Source: Hyaloraphidium curvatum SAG 235-1 (taxonomy: Eukaryota > Fungi > Monoblepharomycota). From it: a stretch of 64,000 bases of DNA. The stretch is from contig JAIVFI010000001.1 in assembly GCA_025558095.1 (NCBI GenBank), forward strand, positions 248,001-312,000. The letters run 5' to 3'. Shown piece after piece: positions 37,482 through 48,957 of this stretch (position 1 is the stretch's first letter; each line of letters begins with the position of its first letter). A program made the position numbers and the translations under genes. The notes below the pieces were generated by a model that saw only the letters and a list, made by a program, of their open reading frames with translations, was not told where the DNA came from and did not search any database.

Positions 37482-39750
37482 TCACCCAAACAGCGCCCTC
37501 CGCGCCTCGCTCAGCGCCGCCCGCACGCCCTTCTCCGAGCAGTCCCTCCTGAACCTGGTCAGCGCGGCCCTTACCGCCGCCACCGCGCCCTCCCCCCCCT
37601 CCGCCTCCGGCTTCCCGATCCCCAGCGCCTCGTCCACCTCGTCCTGCGCGATCGGGTGATAGCTCCCCCTCGTGCGCCCGTACGTCTCGCGCGCGAGCTT
37701 CTCGCCCTCCGGGGAGGCGGCGCGCAGCGCGGCAAACACGGGGGCGACGTAGGCGATGCGCCCGTGCGAGGCGAGGAAGTCGAGCGCCTCGGGGTAGGCG
37801 CGGCGGAGGTCGGACTTGAGGGCCAGGCGCAGCCAGCGGTACCGGATCTCGGCGTTGCGGACCGCCGTGAAGTTGTCTGAACGCGGGGGAAGGAAGCAGC
37901 AAGGAAACAACGGTCAGCACCTCGGCATCAGCCGAACCGCCGCGGGGTGCCACCCACAAAGCGCATCCATCTCCTCGAGCACCTCGGCCGGCAGCGGCTC
38001 GTCGCGGGCCAGCAGCGAGTCCAGGAAGCGCATCTTCTGCGCCGGCGTCATCCCCTGGACGTCGTTGCCCGCGAACGCCTGCGCCGACACCTCCTGCTTG
38101 CCGTCGGCCTTGGCCAGCCAACGCGCCGCGAGCCCGTCGGCCTGCTCCGCGAGGGTGCGGTCGAACTCGTTGCGGTCCGGGCCGACGCCGACGCCGTACA
38201 ACCACGCCTGCCAGTCGATGGCGTCGAGCTTGGCGATGGTCTCGGGGCCGCCGCCGACGTGCGAGGGGTCCGAGAACCACTCGTAGAGGAAGGCCTTCCA
38301 GTCCTTGTTGGTGATCGATTTGCCTGCAAGTGCCTGTCAGCGGACGGACGACTGGCCCGCGCACAGGGGCCACCCACCGGAAAAGTGCTGGATGTGCGCC
38401 TTCATGTACGGGTCGAACGCCTCGGGCCCGCCGACCTTGGTCTCGATCAGGTACAGGAAGTTGTACGCCTTCTCGTACGGGATCGAGCTGAACGCGTCGT
38501 CCGGATTCCGGTTGGCCAGGTCCGCCTCGAGCGCCGTGAACGGGTTCTCGGCGCCCAGGTCCTCAACCGTGCGCTCGAGGTCCTCCTGGCCCAGCAGCGC
38601 CGACAGCTGCTGCGCGGGTTTGCCGTACCGCGCGCCGACGATCTTGCGCTCCATCATCATGGTGAAGCCCTCGTTGAGCCAGAAGGAGGGCCAGTCGAAG
38701 TTGGTCACGAGGTTGCCGGTCCAGCTGTGCGCGATCTCGTGGGCGACGACGTCGACGAGGGAGCGGTCGCCGGCGACGAGGGCGGGGGTGACGAAGGTGA
38801 GGCACGGGTTCTCCATGCCGCCGTAGGGGAACGAGGTGGGGAGGACGAGCATGTCGTAGCGGCCCCAGACGTAGGGGCCGCCAAGCCCCTCGGCTATCTT
38901 GAGGAACTGCACGATGGCGTCGAGGTGAGACTCTGTAATGCAGTAGCCGAGCAATGCAGCCCACCTCCTCGGTCTCGGCGAACTCATAGGCGACCTTGGA
39001 CAGGAACTCGGGCTCGGTCCACACCCTGCACCTCGGGGAGAGGTCCGCCGAGGCGAGGTGCCCCACGGCCAGCGCGAGGAGGTACGACGGGATCGGGATA
39101 GCCTGCTTCCACTTGGACACCGCCTTGCCATCCTCCGTGGCCACCTCGCCCTCCTGGACGGCCGACATGAGCGCCACCAGGCCCTCGGGCACCCGCACCG
39201 CGGCGTCGTAGGTCGACTTGACGCTGGGCGTGTCCATGCAGGGCACCAGCGCCCGGGCAAAGATGGGCTGGCACTGCGTGAAGAGGTAGGGGTGCTTCTT
39301 GCCCACGGTGAGCTCGGGGCCGAGCCAGCCCGCGGCGGCGCATTCGGGGCGGGTCGCGTAGTCGATCCTCAGCTCGGCCGTGGCGTCCTTGTCGAGGGGC
39401 CCCGGGAGCCGGATTTCGAGACGCTGGCCAAAGGCAAAGTGCTCCGGGTGCAGGGTGTGTTTGGCCGGAACGAGCTTGCCGCCTTCGACGAAGCGCACGG
39501 CCGAGATGTCGAGCTCCCGGGCGTCGAGGACCACCTGCTCGACGCCGTCCTTGAGGGCGCGAAGGCGGTGCACGACGTGGCCGGAGATGGTTTGGGCGTC
39601 GAAATCGATGGTCCAGTCGAGCGAGTAGTGCTCCGAGACGATTTCGTTGGCGTTCGCGTAGCTAGAAACTTCGACCGGGTGCCACTCGGCCTGGTCGACG
39701 TGGTCGGGCCCAGCGGCGTCGGCCGCGGGGGTTTTGGGGGGAACGGCCAT
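37482..39750 (-). CDS. LTA4H: Leukotriene A4 hydrolase-like M1 aminopeptidase, spliced
   Basis: PYLFTQCQ, IPSYL, SFPYGGMENP, VAHEIAHSWTGNLVTN, WLNEG, PYEK, NAEIRYRW. Confidence 0.95.
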
Positions 39751-40096
39751 TCCGGAATGTTGTCCGCGGGATGTGGAACGGAATTCCCTGGCAGACTAAG
39801 TTTTCTTCGAGGAGGCGGAGTCGAAGGACCCTGGGGGGGGACAGTTTGTTTGTTTCGTCGGCCGTCGGCTTCAGGGACCATTTTCATCGCGTTTTCCAAC
39901 CAAGCACGTGATGATGCTGCTTGCATCATTCGGTCTCCAAGGCTGGCGAGCTCGGCCGTGTGTTTTTTTTTGGGTCGACCGATGGCAGGAGGTGTTGAGA
40001 CGAGAAGAACGGTGACGTGTCATGCCCGACCGCCCGATCATCGGTGAGCACTTCAACCATACCTACGCTTCCGCACCCAAGCCCACCGTTCCGGGC

Positions 40097-40985
40097 ATGC
40101 AGCTACACGGTTTCACCGTCCACCTCCTTGGCGACAACGGCCCGCTGCCCGAGTACGGCGAGGAGCTGGTCGTCGGGCGCATCGAGTCCTGGGTGCCGTC
40201 CACTACGGGCCAACGGTTCCGGGTCTCGATGAAAGCCGCCGGGAACCCTACACATGGGTACTTTGCCTGCTCCTTGTATGTCGACGAGGTGGAGGCCGGG
40301 TGTTGGCTGTTGAGCGCGGCGCACAAGGAGTTCGTTGCCGCAGGCGCCCTCGCAGACGACGGGAAGGTCGGGCGATCTCCGGGCCCACAATATTCCCTCT
40401 GATTTCCGATGCCCTGCTTCTCAGCACCACGAGCTGAAGGTCGCCAAGGCCAAGTTCGTGGCAGGCGACGATCCGTACGCGGACGCGCTGCTGCGTGTGC
40501 AGGACGCCGCCGGCATCCCGACGGGCAAGATCCGCGTCGACATCCACCACTTCCGGAAGCTCGGCACCTGCGTACCGTCGTCCACCGGCTGGAAGGGCGC
40601 CGATCGCGCCGTCCACGAGGCGGCGAAGAAGGGGCAGCGGTTTACCCACCGAACCGGTGAGTGCGAAAGCCTGTTGCAATGCAGGCTCGGAACAGAGCAA
40701 CTGAGTGTCTCTTCAGCCGTTGGAAAGGCCCTCGCGGAGAAAGTCACCCCCTTTGCCGACGGAGAGACCGTAGGGCCCTTGATCATGGGCAAGACCAGGG
40801 AGCCCGGAGCTTTGGAAGAGGTGCCGGCGTACCGCGAGGCCGAGATCGACGGGGTGCTCACGGTTTTCATCGACGAGGAGGACGGGCCGAAGCCGCAGCC
40901 GCGCAAGGACAGCGCGGTCGATCTCGGGTCCGAGGAAGGCCAAGGGGTGATCGATCTCACGGGTGACGACGTCGAATGGGACTAG
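40097..40985 (+). CDS. Hypothetical protein, spliced; exon structure approximate
   Basis: ATG at 40097 (LPEY…IESWVPSTTGQRF); GT-AG introns near 40367-40425 and 40657-40716; acidic C-terminus VIDLTGDD. Confidence 0.55.
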
Positions 40986-41086
40986 TCGTTGTGGCTGCAC
41001 AATCTGTCTTGGGGCTGGCGTATGAGTGGATGTTTTGCCTGCGTGCGGCCTCGCGGCTCGTCCCACCGTCCGCACCCACCTTCACC

Positions 41087-42821
41087 ATGCCGGCGGGCGC
41101 CTTTTTGCCCCTCCGCCCACCTCCACCCCTTCGAATCTCTTTGCTGAACTTGAGCCGCGGCGCGGACCGGACATTTTCCGGGGATGCCGGGCTCCAGGGC
41201 GCGCCGCGGGCGGCGGCACCACCACGGGCCGCCGCCCGTCCCGCAGGGCATTTCGCGCGGCTTGCCGGACCGATTCCCCCTCCATTGATCCGGACAAATG
41301 TTCCACCGCGGATTTCGCCCGTCGGCCGGGGCGAGTTGGCCGGATTCCGCGCCTTCCGTGCCTCCCCCTTCCGGCTGGACATGCCGAAGCCGGTCGAGCG
41401 CGCGAACCCCGTTCCGATCCCCTCCGCACCCGCGCCGCCCGCTCCGACGCCCGAGATCGTCGAGGCCGACCGCCTTCCGGACTCGGTTCCCGCCGCGGCC
41501 GCGAAGGATCCCGACAAGATCGATCCCCGCGTCTGGCCGATAGCGGTGTCTTCGGCGCTCATGGGCCTCGCCATCGGCGTCGTGATCCCGCTCCTTCCCC
41601 TGTTTTCCAAGGAGCTGGGATTGACGACGTCGCAGTTCGGGATGCTGATCAGCTCCATGGGCCTGGCACGGCTGGTGCTCAACATCCCGGCCGCGACTCT
41701 GGTGGACCGAATCGGCAGGAAGCCGTTGCTGGTCGGCGGCCCCTTGATCACCAGCCTGAGCATGGTCGGGACTGGGCTCGCCCACGGGCTCAACGAGCTG
41801 ATCCTGTGGAGGATGATGACCGGCGCCGGCGGCTCCCTCCAAATGAGCGGCGCGCAATCCTACCTCTCCGACATCAGCACCACCGCCAACCGCGCGCGGA
41901 CCATCGCCCCGACCTCGATCGCCTTCCAGATCGGCTTCTCCATCGGCCCCTCCGTCTCGGGCCTCCTCGCCGAGGCGTACGGCCTCCGCCCGCCCTTCTT
42001 TTTCGTCGGCGCCGCCATCGCCCTCGTCGCCCTCAACAACCACCTCATGCTCCCCGAAACCCTCCCCCGCCGCCGCGAGGCGCCCCCCTCGGCCGACATC
42101 GTCCACGCCGACGGCCGCGTCACGCCTGCCCCGCCCTCTCACGCCGCCAAGCCGTCGGTGTTTTCGACCTGGCTGTCGCTGCTCCGCGAGCCCGACGTGC
42201 GGAGGGTGTCGCTGCTCCACTGTATCTTCTGGATCACGCAGTCGGGGTCGCTGATCACGCTGTTTCCCCTGCTGGCGTCGACCCAGTTCGGCCTGGGGGT
42301 CTCGGCGATCGGGACCATCTGTGGGTTGGCTTTCACAGGCGCTCGTTTCGTTGGCTAACCGCAATTTCGATCCAGTCACCGTCCACGCGCTCATCGGCGC
42401 CCTAGGCGCCCAGCCGGCCTCATGGTTCTCGGACAAGTTTGGTCGCAAGTCCGCCCTCGTCCCCGCCATGGCCTTGATCAGCGCCGGCGTCATGCTAACC
42501 CCCTTTGCGACGACCGCGACGCAGCTCTACATGTGCGCGGGGCTGTGGTCCCTCGGCTCCTCCCTCGTCGGCTCGTCGACGACGGCGTACGTGGCGGACC
42601 TGGTGCCGCGGCAGGACATGCGCGGGCAGGCGCTGGGGCTGCTCCGGTCGTTCGGCGACCTGGGCCTGATGCTGGGCGCGGCGACGCTGGGGTGGATCGC
42701 GGAGGGGTGGGGGATCGGGACGGCGTTCACGGTCAACGGGGTCGTTTTGCTCGCAATGGTGGCCAGGTTCGGCTGGGCGGCGAGGGAGACGGCGGGCAGA
42801 TGGGCCAAGAAGGCGCCGTGA
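41087..42821 (+). CDS. MFS transporter (12-TM, DHA1/TetA-like); intron ~42321-42375; start may instead be 41381
   Basis: Motif A in both halves (LVDRIGRKP, FSDKFGRKS); RMMTGAGG; regularly spaced TM helices. Confidence 0.9.
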
Positions 42822-42872
42822 TGGGAATCGATTTGCCGGCCCGTGCTTTGGCGCACCGCGACTTGACACGCC

Positions 42873-43801
42873 TCACTGGGGATCGATCTCGCCGATGCAG
42901 AACCCGTGCTTGCCCGAGGGCACCCTGTACTCCATGTTGCACTCGATCTCCCTCACCCACCCCTCCTTCTTTGCCCCGTCCCACGCCTTCTGCACCCCCT
43001 TGGACCAGTCCCCGTACCCTTGCAGGTCGTCCATCAGGAGGAAGTTCCTCCGCGCGGCGAGTCTGCGCATGTTCTTCAGGTCCGCCGACGCCGCGGCCTC
43101 GTCGTGCCCACCGTCGACGATCACCACGTCGCACCGCACCTCCGGGTGTGCGGCGGCGAACTCCGGCACCGTCCGCCGCGAGTCGCCGTCGTGCACCTCC
43201 ACCCGGCCGGGGAACAGCTCCTTCAGCGTCGCCCGCGCGGCGGGGCCGTAATCTTTATGTGGGAGGTCGAAAGCGATGTACCGCGATATGGGCGGGTGCG
43301 CCGACAGGAAGGCAGTGGCGGAATGGCCGCCTGTCCGCCGCGGGACGCGTCAGCCGGGACTGGCGAGGGCCGCGGAGCGGGATGGGGCCCACCGTTGAAC
43401 CCCGTCTCGCACACCGTCCTGATCCACGGGTTCTGCGACACCAGCTGCACGTAAAAGGCCGTCTGCGCGGGGAACCAGCCCGTGTGGCCCTCCATCTTCT
43501 TGATCAGCTCGTCCTGCGCGACGCCGAGGGCCGCGGCGAGCGCGGCGTTGAGCCGCGAGACGGCCGAGGGGTACATCGGCACGCGTTTTTCGACGGCGTC
43601 GGGCGGTGCGACGGCAGGCCGGGGCGCGGGAGAGGGCGGGGCGGAGGTGTCCCCGGAAAGGTCCAGAGAGACCGCCCCGTTGCCAGGCACGGCGGGCGCG
43701 GTCCCCGGCTGCCAGAGCGACGCGCTCAGGAAAACGATAAAGACGCCCGCAACCCCCGCAAAAAGCAGGTTCTGCCGCCGGGCAGCAAGCGGCGTGGACA
43801 T
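42873..43801 (-). CDS. Membrane-anchored class I SAM-dependent methyltransferase (Methyltransf_24-like), one intron
   Basis: N-terminal signal anchor LLFAGVAGVFIVFLSASLW; VCETGFNG|GHSA; GDS; VIVDGGH; MDD. Confidence 0.85.
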
Positions 43802-43890
43802 GCTGGGGATGTTTATTCGCGCCCACTGCGTCCCTGACACATCCCCTCGCGTACCCTTCGGTTCCCAGCAACCGCATGGCACGATGGAGG

Positions 43891-44908
43891 ATGATCCCCG
43901 CCGCGACCGCGTTGTTTTTCCTCTTGGGCGCGGGGACGCGGTTGTCGGCGCCCTCCTCTCCCCCCGGCACCGACAAGCGCGAGCTGGAGACGCAGCTGGA
44001 GGAAGCAGCCGCGTCGAACCCTTTCCTCCGCTGTGCCCTCGGGATTTTCAATCGCCGGCCGTGGGACGGGGTGTTTGTCCCCCTGTTCCCGGAAGAGGAC
44101 CGGCCAGAGAGTTCCCCTTGGCCGGAGGCCATCTACCTGATCCAATACTCCCCGCTGAAGCAGCGGCGGGACTATCTGCGGACGCTGCTGGCCGGGATGC
44201 GGCCGTCCCTGAAGCTGGTCGTCGGGTTCGACAGGGAGGCCCTGTCGCCCGAAGACCAGGCGTGCCTCCCCCCGGGGCCGAACGCGGACGATCCCCGGAC
44301 GAAGGAGATTCCTCCCCGGCGGACGTGGATGCAGCTCGCACCGGGGGAAGTCTCCCTCGGCGCCAAGCACTACGCCGTCTACCTCGACGTCTTGCGGCGG
44401 GGGCTGCAGAACGCCCTCGTGCTCGAAGACGACGTGGCGCTCGACCCGGAGCTGGCGGCGCTGGAGCCCGCCGTGGACTTTGCTGCCGCTTTGGCCGCCG
44501 TATCGAGCGCCGCGGCGCAGCTCCCGGAGAACTACTCCGTCTTCGCCCCCGGGTCGTGCTACGAGTTCCACGGCGCCGGGCCGCGAACCGCTGCGCGTGC
44601 CCCTGGCAAGGGCGCTCGCGCAGCTCAACGCCTCCCTAACCCACCCCCGCGTTTTCCCGGCGCACAGATCGCGGTGCACCCACGCGTACGCCGTCTCGGC
44701 TTTGGGCGCGGCGCGGATGCTGCAACGGCTGCCGATGTCGTGCGCGGTGGATTGGATGATGAACGACGAGACGCGACCGTACAACGTCGCGATCGGAAAC
44801 GGGCGCGGGCCGGGGGTATGGTGGATGGAGCCGCCGGTTTTCGCGCAGGCGGACGACGCGGCGCTGGGGCGGAGCGCGATACGGGCGGGGACGGAGAAGG
44901 GCGACTAG
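43891..44908 (+). CDS. Glycosyltransferase family 25-like, with an apparent frameshift near 44560-44600
   Basis: Hydrophobic N-terminus, GEVSLGAKH and ALVLEDDV lie in one frame; SRCTHAYAVSALGAARML…VDW lies in another frame ending at TAG 44908. Confidence 0.75.
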
Positions 44909-45493
44909 CGGGGACGGGGGATTCGATGGGGGAGGGGGCTGCTAAGATCCGGCACTACCAGCGCCACTACCTGATCGGGACCAACACTCCGACCTCTCTC
45001 GTTCCCGCAGTGATGGAATCTCCAGGGACGTTCCATCCCGAGTTCGAGCGGCTTCTTCAACAGCTCTCTCTCCTCGCCTTCCCCCGCGGCCCTGACCCTG
45101 ACGGCCCCGGGGATGACATCGATGGGCTGAGGGCCCTCTTCATGACTTCCGCACGCCAGCGGCTTACGGCGGCCCTGGTGCGCGGCACAGAACCCATATT
45201 CCGACGCCGGGTCAATCTTTGCGTTCGCGGCAACGGCGGCGGCTCTGCTGGAGGTTCTTCGGACGGTCAGGATTCAGGATCGGGGTCGCTGCAGGGGGCG
45301 TCCACGGCGGCTGGGAGGGCGGCCGGTGAGGTAAGTCGTCGGGTGGAGGGCACGGCTCAGTGGCTCTACGAGATGGAAAGGTAAATTTCGGGGGGCAGGG
45401 CTTCGCTTTTCGTGTATAAGGACCGCCCGCGCAAATGGACCCGTTGATATTGTTTGTGCGTCACACTGATTCGACGGTGTCCCCGCCCGAGCG

Positions 45494-46642
45494 ATGCACC
45501 TCGAGCGCGCGTGGCCCGCGCTGGCGGCCGGCGTGCTGATCTCGCTGGCGGCGGTTCTCGCGTGCTTCAGCGCCGCGGGCGGCGACGTGGGCTGGCGGCC
45601 CGCGCCCGCAGGCCCGCCATCGCCGTCACCGCGCTCCGCGGACGACATCGTCCCCCGGGCGGACGGCGCCGCGCTGCTCGCGGCCTTCAGGGAGCGCGCA
45701 CGGCGGCTGGACCTGCCCTTAAATGCCCCGCCGAGCCCGGCGTGGTGGGAGCGCGCCGCGGCCCACGACGGATCCCCAAAGTGCGACTTTGCCCCCGGCG
45801 CTGGCGACGCGCACGAGTGGCAGGCAATGCGGAGGGACGCCGGCGGGGGACAATCGCCCGACGTGTTCGACGTGGCGATGTTCAACAGCGAGATGGACGT
45901 GCTGGAGGTGCGCGTCAGGGAGCTGCACCCCGTCGTGAAGCGCTTCGTGCTCCTCGACTGCCGGGTGACCTTCACCGGCCGCCCGAAGCCCGCCGGAGAG
46001 GTCGCCCCGCCCGGCTTCTTCGCCAACGATCCGCGGTTCGCCCCCTTCGCCGCCAAAATCCTGCACCTCGTCGTCGACGCCTTCCCGGACACGGTGGAAA
46101 ACATCACCTGGAAGAGGGAGGGCTACCTCCGCCGGGAGGCCCTGCGGCGCGCCGTGGAGCACCTGAAGCCGCTGCCGGGGGACCTCTTCGTCACCGCGGA
46201 CCTGGACGAGATACCCAGGGGGTCGGCGCTGAACCGCCTCCGCCGCTGCCCGGGGTGGGCTTCCCCCGCAATGCTTACGGCCGTGGGCGGATACTACTCC
46301 TACGACGTGGAGGGCGACGAGTGGCCGTACCCGCACGTGTGGCGCTACATGCCCGGGATCCCTGTTCCCGACCCGGGCATGCTGCGCGGGGGGCGACCCC
46401 CCTCCCCCACGCGGATCCGGATGGCCGCGTGGCACTGCTCGTGGTGCTTGGGCCGCGTCGAGGAGTTCCTCAGGAAGATGGGGGACTACTCCCACACGGA
46501 GCTCGACACGCCGCGGGCGCGGGGCGTGCGCAGGCTGCTGCACTCGGTGCTCACGCGGACGGACATATACGACCGCGCGGTGGTGAAATTCAGGACGTCG
46601 AGGGTGAGGACGGGGCCGGGGGACATGATCTGCCTCCGCTAA
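45494..46642 (+). CDS. Glycosyltransferase family 17 (MGAT3/GnT-III-like), intronless
   Basis: Signal anchor; FNSEMDVLEVRVREL…VKRFVL…TFTGRPKP, ADLDEIP, WHCSWC, YSH. Confidence 0.9.
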   Translation: MHLERAWPALAAGVLISLAAVLACFSAAGGDVGWRPAPAGPPSPSPRSADDIVPRADGAALLAAFRERARRLDLPLNAPPSPAWWERAAAHDGSPKCDFAPGAGDAHEWQAMRRDAGGGQSPDVFDVAMFNSEMDVLEVRVRELHPVVKRFVLLDCRVTFTGRPKPAGEVAPPGFFANDPRFAPFAAKILHLVVDAFPDTVENITWKREGYLRREALRRAVEHLKPLPGDLFVTADLDEIPRGSALNRLRRCPGWASPAMLTAVGGYYSYDVEGDEWPYPHVWRYMPGIPVPDPGMLRGGRPPSPTRIRMAAWHCSWCLGRVEEFLRKMGDYSHTELDTPRARGVRRLLHSVLTRTDIYDRAVVKFRTSRVRTGPGDMICLR

Positions 46643-46665
46643 ATCGCGGCGCCCGGCGGGACACG

Positions 46666-47865
46666 ATGACTGTGATCGCGGCTGCGGCCGGGCGGGCGCT
46701 GGCCCTCGCTGCTGCGGCGATGGCGGTCGCGCTCGCCGTCTTCGCCGTGGCTGTCGGCCGGCCGGGGGCGGGGACTGTGGGAGCCGGCGCCCGTGCCGCA
46801 TGCCCGCTTGCGCCGCCGGACTGCGAGCGCGTGCCGCCGTGCGCGGGCGCCGCCTTGCAATGCGGCGTCGACGTCCTCGGCGCCGCGTGGCTCGCCGGCG
46901 GCCCGCCGCCGCTTCCCTGCCAGGCGGCGGCGTGCGCGCTCCATTCGCGCGGCGGCGGCAATGTGTCGCTCAGCATCGTCGTCACGGCGTTCAGGTCGGC
47001 GCCGTTCGTCGGCCGCACCATCCGCGCCGTCGTCGCCGCCGCCGTCTCGCCCGCGTGGGAGCTGATCGTCGTGATCGACGGCAAACACGAACCCACCGAG
47101 GCCGCCGTGCTCGACGCCGTGCGCGCCGCCGCCCACCCGGGCCTGCGCCGCGCCGCAGTGCTGCTCTCCCCGACCCCCGTCTTCGAGACCGCCTCAAACA
47201 ACCTCGGCCTGCGCGCCGCACGCGGGCAGCTGGCCGTGCTGTTCCAGGACGACATCTTCATGCGCACGAAAGGCTTCGACGCCATCCTCGCGCTGCCCTT
47301 CCAGCTGTGGGACGACGTGGCGGTCGTCTCGGGCCGCTGCGCGCACGGCCTCCGCGGCGGCCACTACGTTGGCCGCTGCGGCGTCGACGTCAACCTCCCG
47401 CTCTCCATGGGCCCCGCAGACCGCGCAAAGTTCCACGTGCGCGACACGGTCAACCGCGGGCCGTACGCCCTGCGCACCGACCGCGCCCGCGAGCTTGGGT
47501 TCTTCGACGAGCTCAACTTCCACCTCGGCGACGACGACCACGACCTCGCCTGCCGCGCATACGCCACGCGCGGGTGGGTCGCCGGCTCCGTCGCGATCGA
47601 CTTCGACTCGCCGCTGGCGCTGGGCGCCACCCGCCGCCCCAAGGAGGCCGAATCCGCGGCGGACGCCGCCTGCGCGGCCGACAGGAAGGCGCGCAGGAGG
47701 CCCGGCGGGGGGTTCCTGCACCGCGTGTGCCACGGCGGCGCGATGGCGCGGGGGGCGGGGGTGAAGGTGCACGACGAGGAGAGGGACATGTGCGCTCGGC
47801 CGGCGACAGGCTGCGAGTACATCGCGAAGCCGATGCTGGACTTGCCGGATGCGGGCGGGGGATGA
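46666..47865 (+). CDS. Glycosyltransferase family 2-like, intronless
   Basis: Signal anchor after ATG 46666; SIVVTAF, ELIVVIDG, NLGLRAARG, FQDD, GFFDE, DDHDL. Confidence 0.85.
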   Translation: MTVIAAAAGRALALAAAAMAVALAVFAVAVGRPGAGTVGAGARAACPLAPPDCERVPPCAGAALQCGVDVLGAAWLAGGPPPLPCQAAACALHSRGGGNVSLSIVVTAFRSAPFVGRTIRAVVAAAVSPAWELIVVIDGKHEPTEAAVLDAVRAAAHPGLRRAAVLLSPTPVFETASNNLGLRAARGQLAVLFQDDIFMRTKGFDAILALPFQLWDDVAVVSGRCAHGLRGGHYVGRCGVDVNLPLSMGPADRAKFHVRDTVNRGPYALRTDRARELGFFDELNFHLGDDDHDLACRAYATRGWVAGSVAIDFDSPLALGATRRPKEAESAADAACAADRKARRRPGGGFLHRVCHGGAMARGAGVKVHDEERDMCARPATGCEYIAKPMLDLPDAGGG

Positions 47866-48003
47866 CGACGGGGCGGATTGGTTGTTGTGCAACCTCCTCG
47901 GGAAACATGGCTCGATACCCATCCATTGTTCCGTGCAGGTAGTACGCGAGTCGACGCGCCCTCGTCCTGCCAGGTCATGAAGACATCCCATTCCGCCCGT
48001 AGA

Positions 48004-48957
48004 TCAGATCTCCCCCTTCTTGTCCCTCAGCACGGACGAGTACTCCTTTGCGCTCCCCTGCCGCGTCACCCTGGGCTTTGTCCAGAACGTCGTCACGTTG
48101 CGCAGCCCGTACGTGATCTCCCAATCGATCGGCAGGCTGAAGGGCGGCACCGCCCCCAGCAGGCACCGCGCCGCCGCGGCGTTTATCAAATAGGTGTCTC
48201 CGTAGTGGGCTCGCCGCAGGTTATGCTTCATCAGGTTGGCCGAGTAGCCCACCGCGCCCCGCGTCGAGAGCATCTGCGGGCCGGCGCCGGCCCAGACGCT
48301 CCACGGGCCCGCGGCGTCCTCGGGCCGCATCTGGCCGAGCCAGGAATCGAGCACCCGGACGGTGTCGTTGGCGAGGAAGATGACGTCGTCCTCGAGCACC
48401 AGCGCCGCGTCCAGGTCGAGGTCCGCGACCGCCTCCCAAATGAGGATGTGCTTCAGCGCCAGGGAAAAGATGCCGGAGGTCACGTTCAGCATCGGGACAA
48501 CTTTCGAGGCCGGCCAGTCGGGATTCTCCATCCTCGACGTGAGCAGCGACCGCGAAACGTACTGCTCCGGGTCCTTGGAATGGTACGCCCGCAAAATGTC
48601 GGGCGGCAGCGCGTCTCGCGGGAAATCCGTCACGTAAAACACCGGCACGTCCATGCCCCAGCTCGCAAACGCCCCGTCGAGGTACGCCCGCCTCTCTTTG
48701 AGCGCCGGCACGTGGATCACAAAGACGGCCTGCACGCCGAAGGGAGGGCGCCTGCGGGCGCGGATCCGGCGCTCCTTGAATTCCAGGATCTGCAGGCTGA
48801 GGTTCGACCGCGGGAGCAAGGGCGGGAGCGGAGCGGAGGGGTCTTCCGGGCGGGATTCGGGGGCCGCGGGGCACCCGCACGAGTTCAGGAGGTGGTGGCC
48901 GGCGGCGAGGAGCAGCAGCGCCGCGAGCACCGTCAGGATGCGGCCGCGCGAGACCAT
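48004..48957 (-). CDS. Glycosyltransferase family 25-like, intronless
   Basis: Signal anchor; VFVIHV…ERR, SLALKHILIW, ALVLEDDV, YLINAAAARCLL, PIDW. Confidence 0.85.
   Translation of the reverse strand: MVSRGRILTVLAALLLLAAGHHLLNSCGCPAAPESRPEDPSAPLPPLLPRSNLSLQILEFKERRIRARRRPPFGVQAVFVIHVPALKERRAYLDGAFASWGMDVPVFYVTDFPRDALPPDILRAYHSKDPEQYVSRSLLTSRMENPDWPASKVVPMLNVTSGIFSLALKHILIWEAVADLDLDAALVLEDDVIFLANDTVRVLDSWLGQMRPEDAAGPWSVWAGAGPQMLSTRGAVGYSANLMKHNLRRAHYGDTYLINAAAARCLLGAVPPFSLPIDWEITYGLRNVTTFWTKPRVTRQGSAKEYSSVLRDKKGEI

Noticed and set aside
44950-45384. Possible small gene (MESPGTFHPEF…) after the first GT25
   Set aside because: No recognisable motif or clear gene structure; support is insufficient.
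45454-47865. 803-aa ORF as a single fusion protein
   Set aside because: Its first half is an off-frame shadow of GT17. The GT2 protein starts at ATG 46666 with its own signal anchor.
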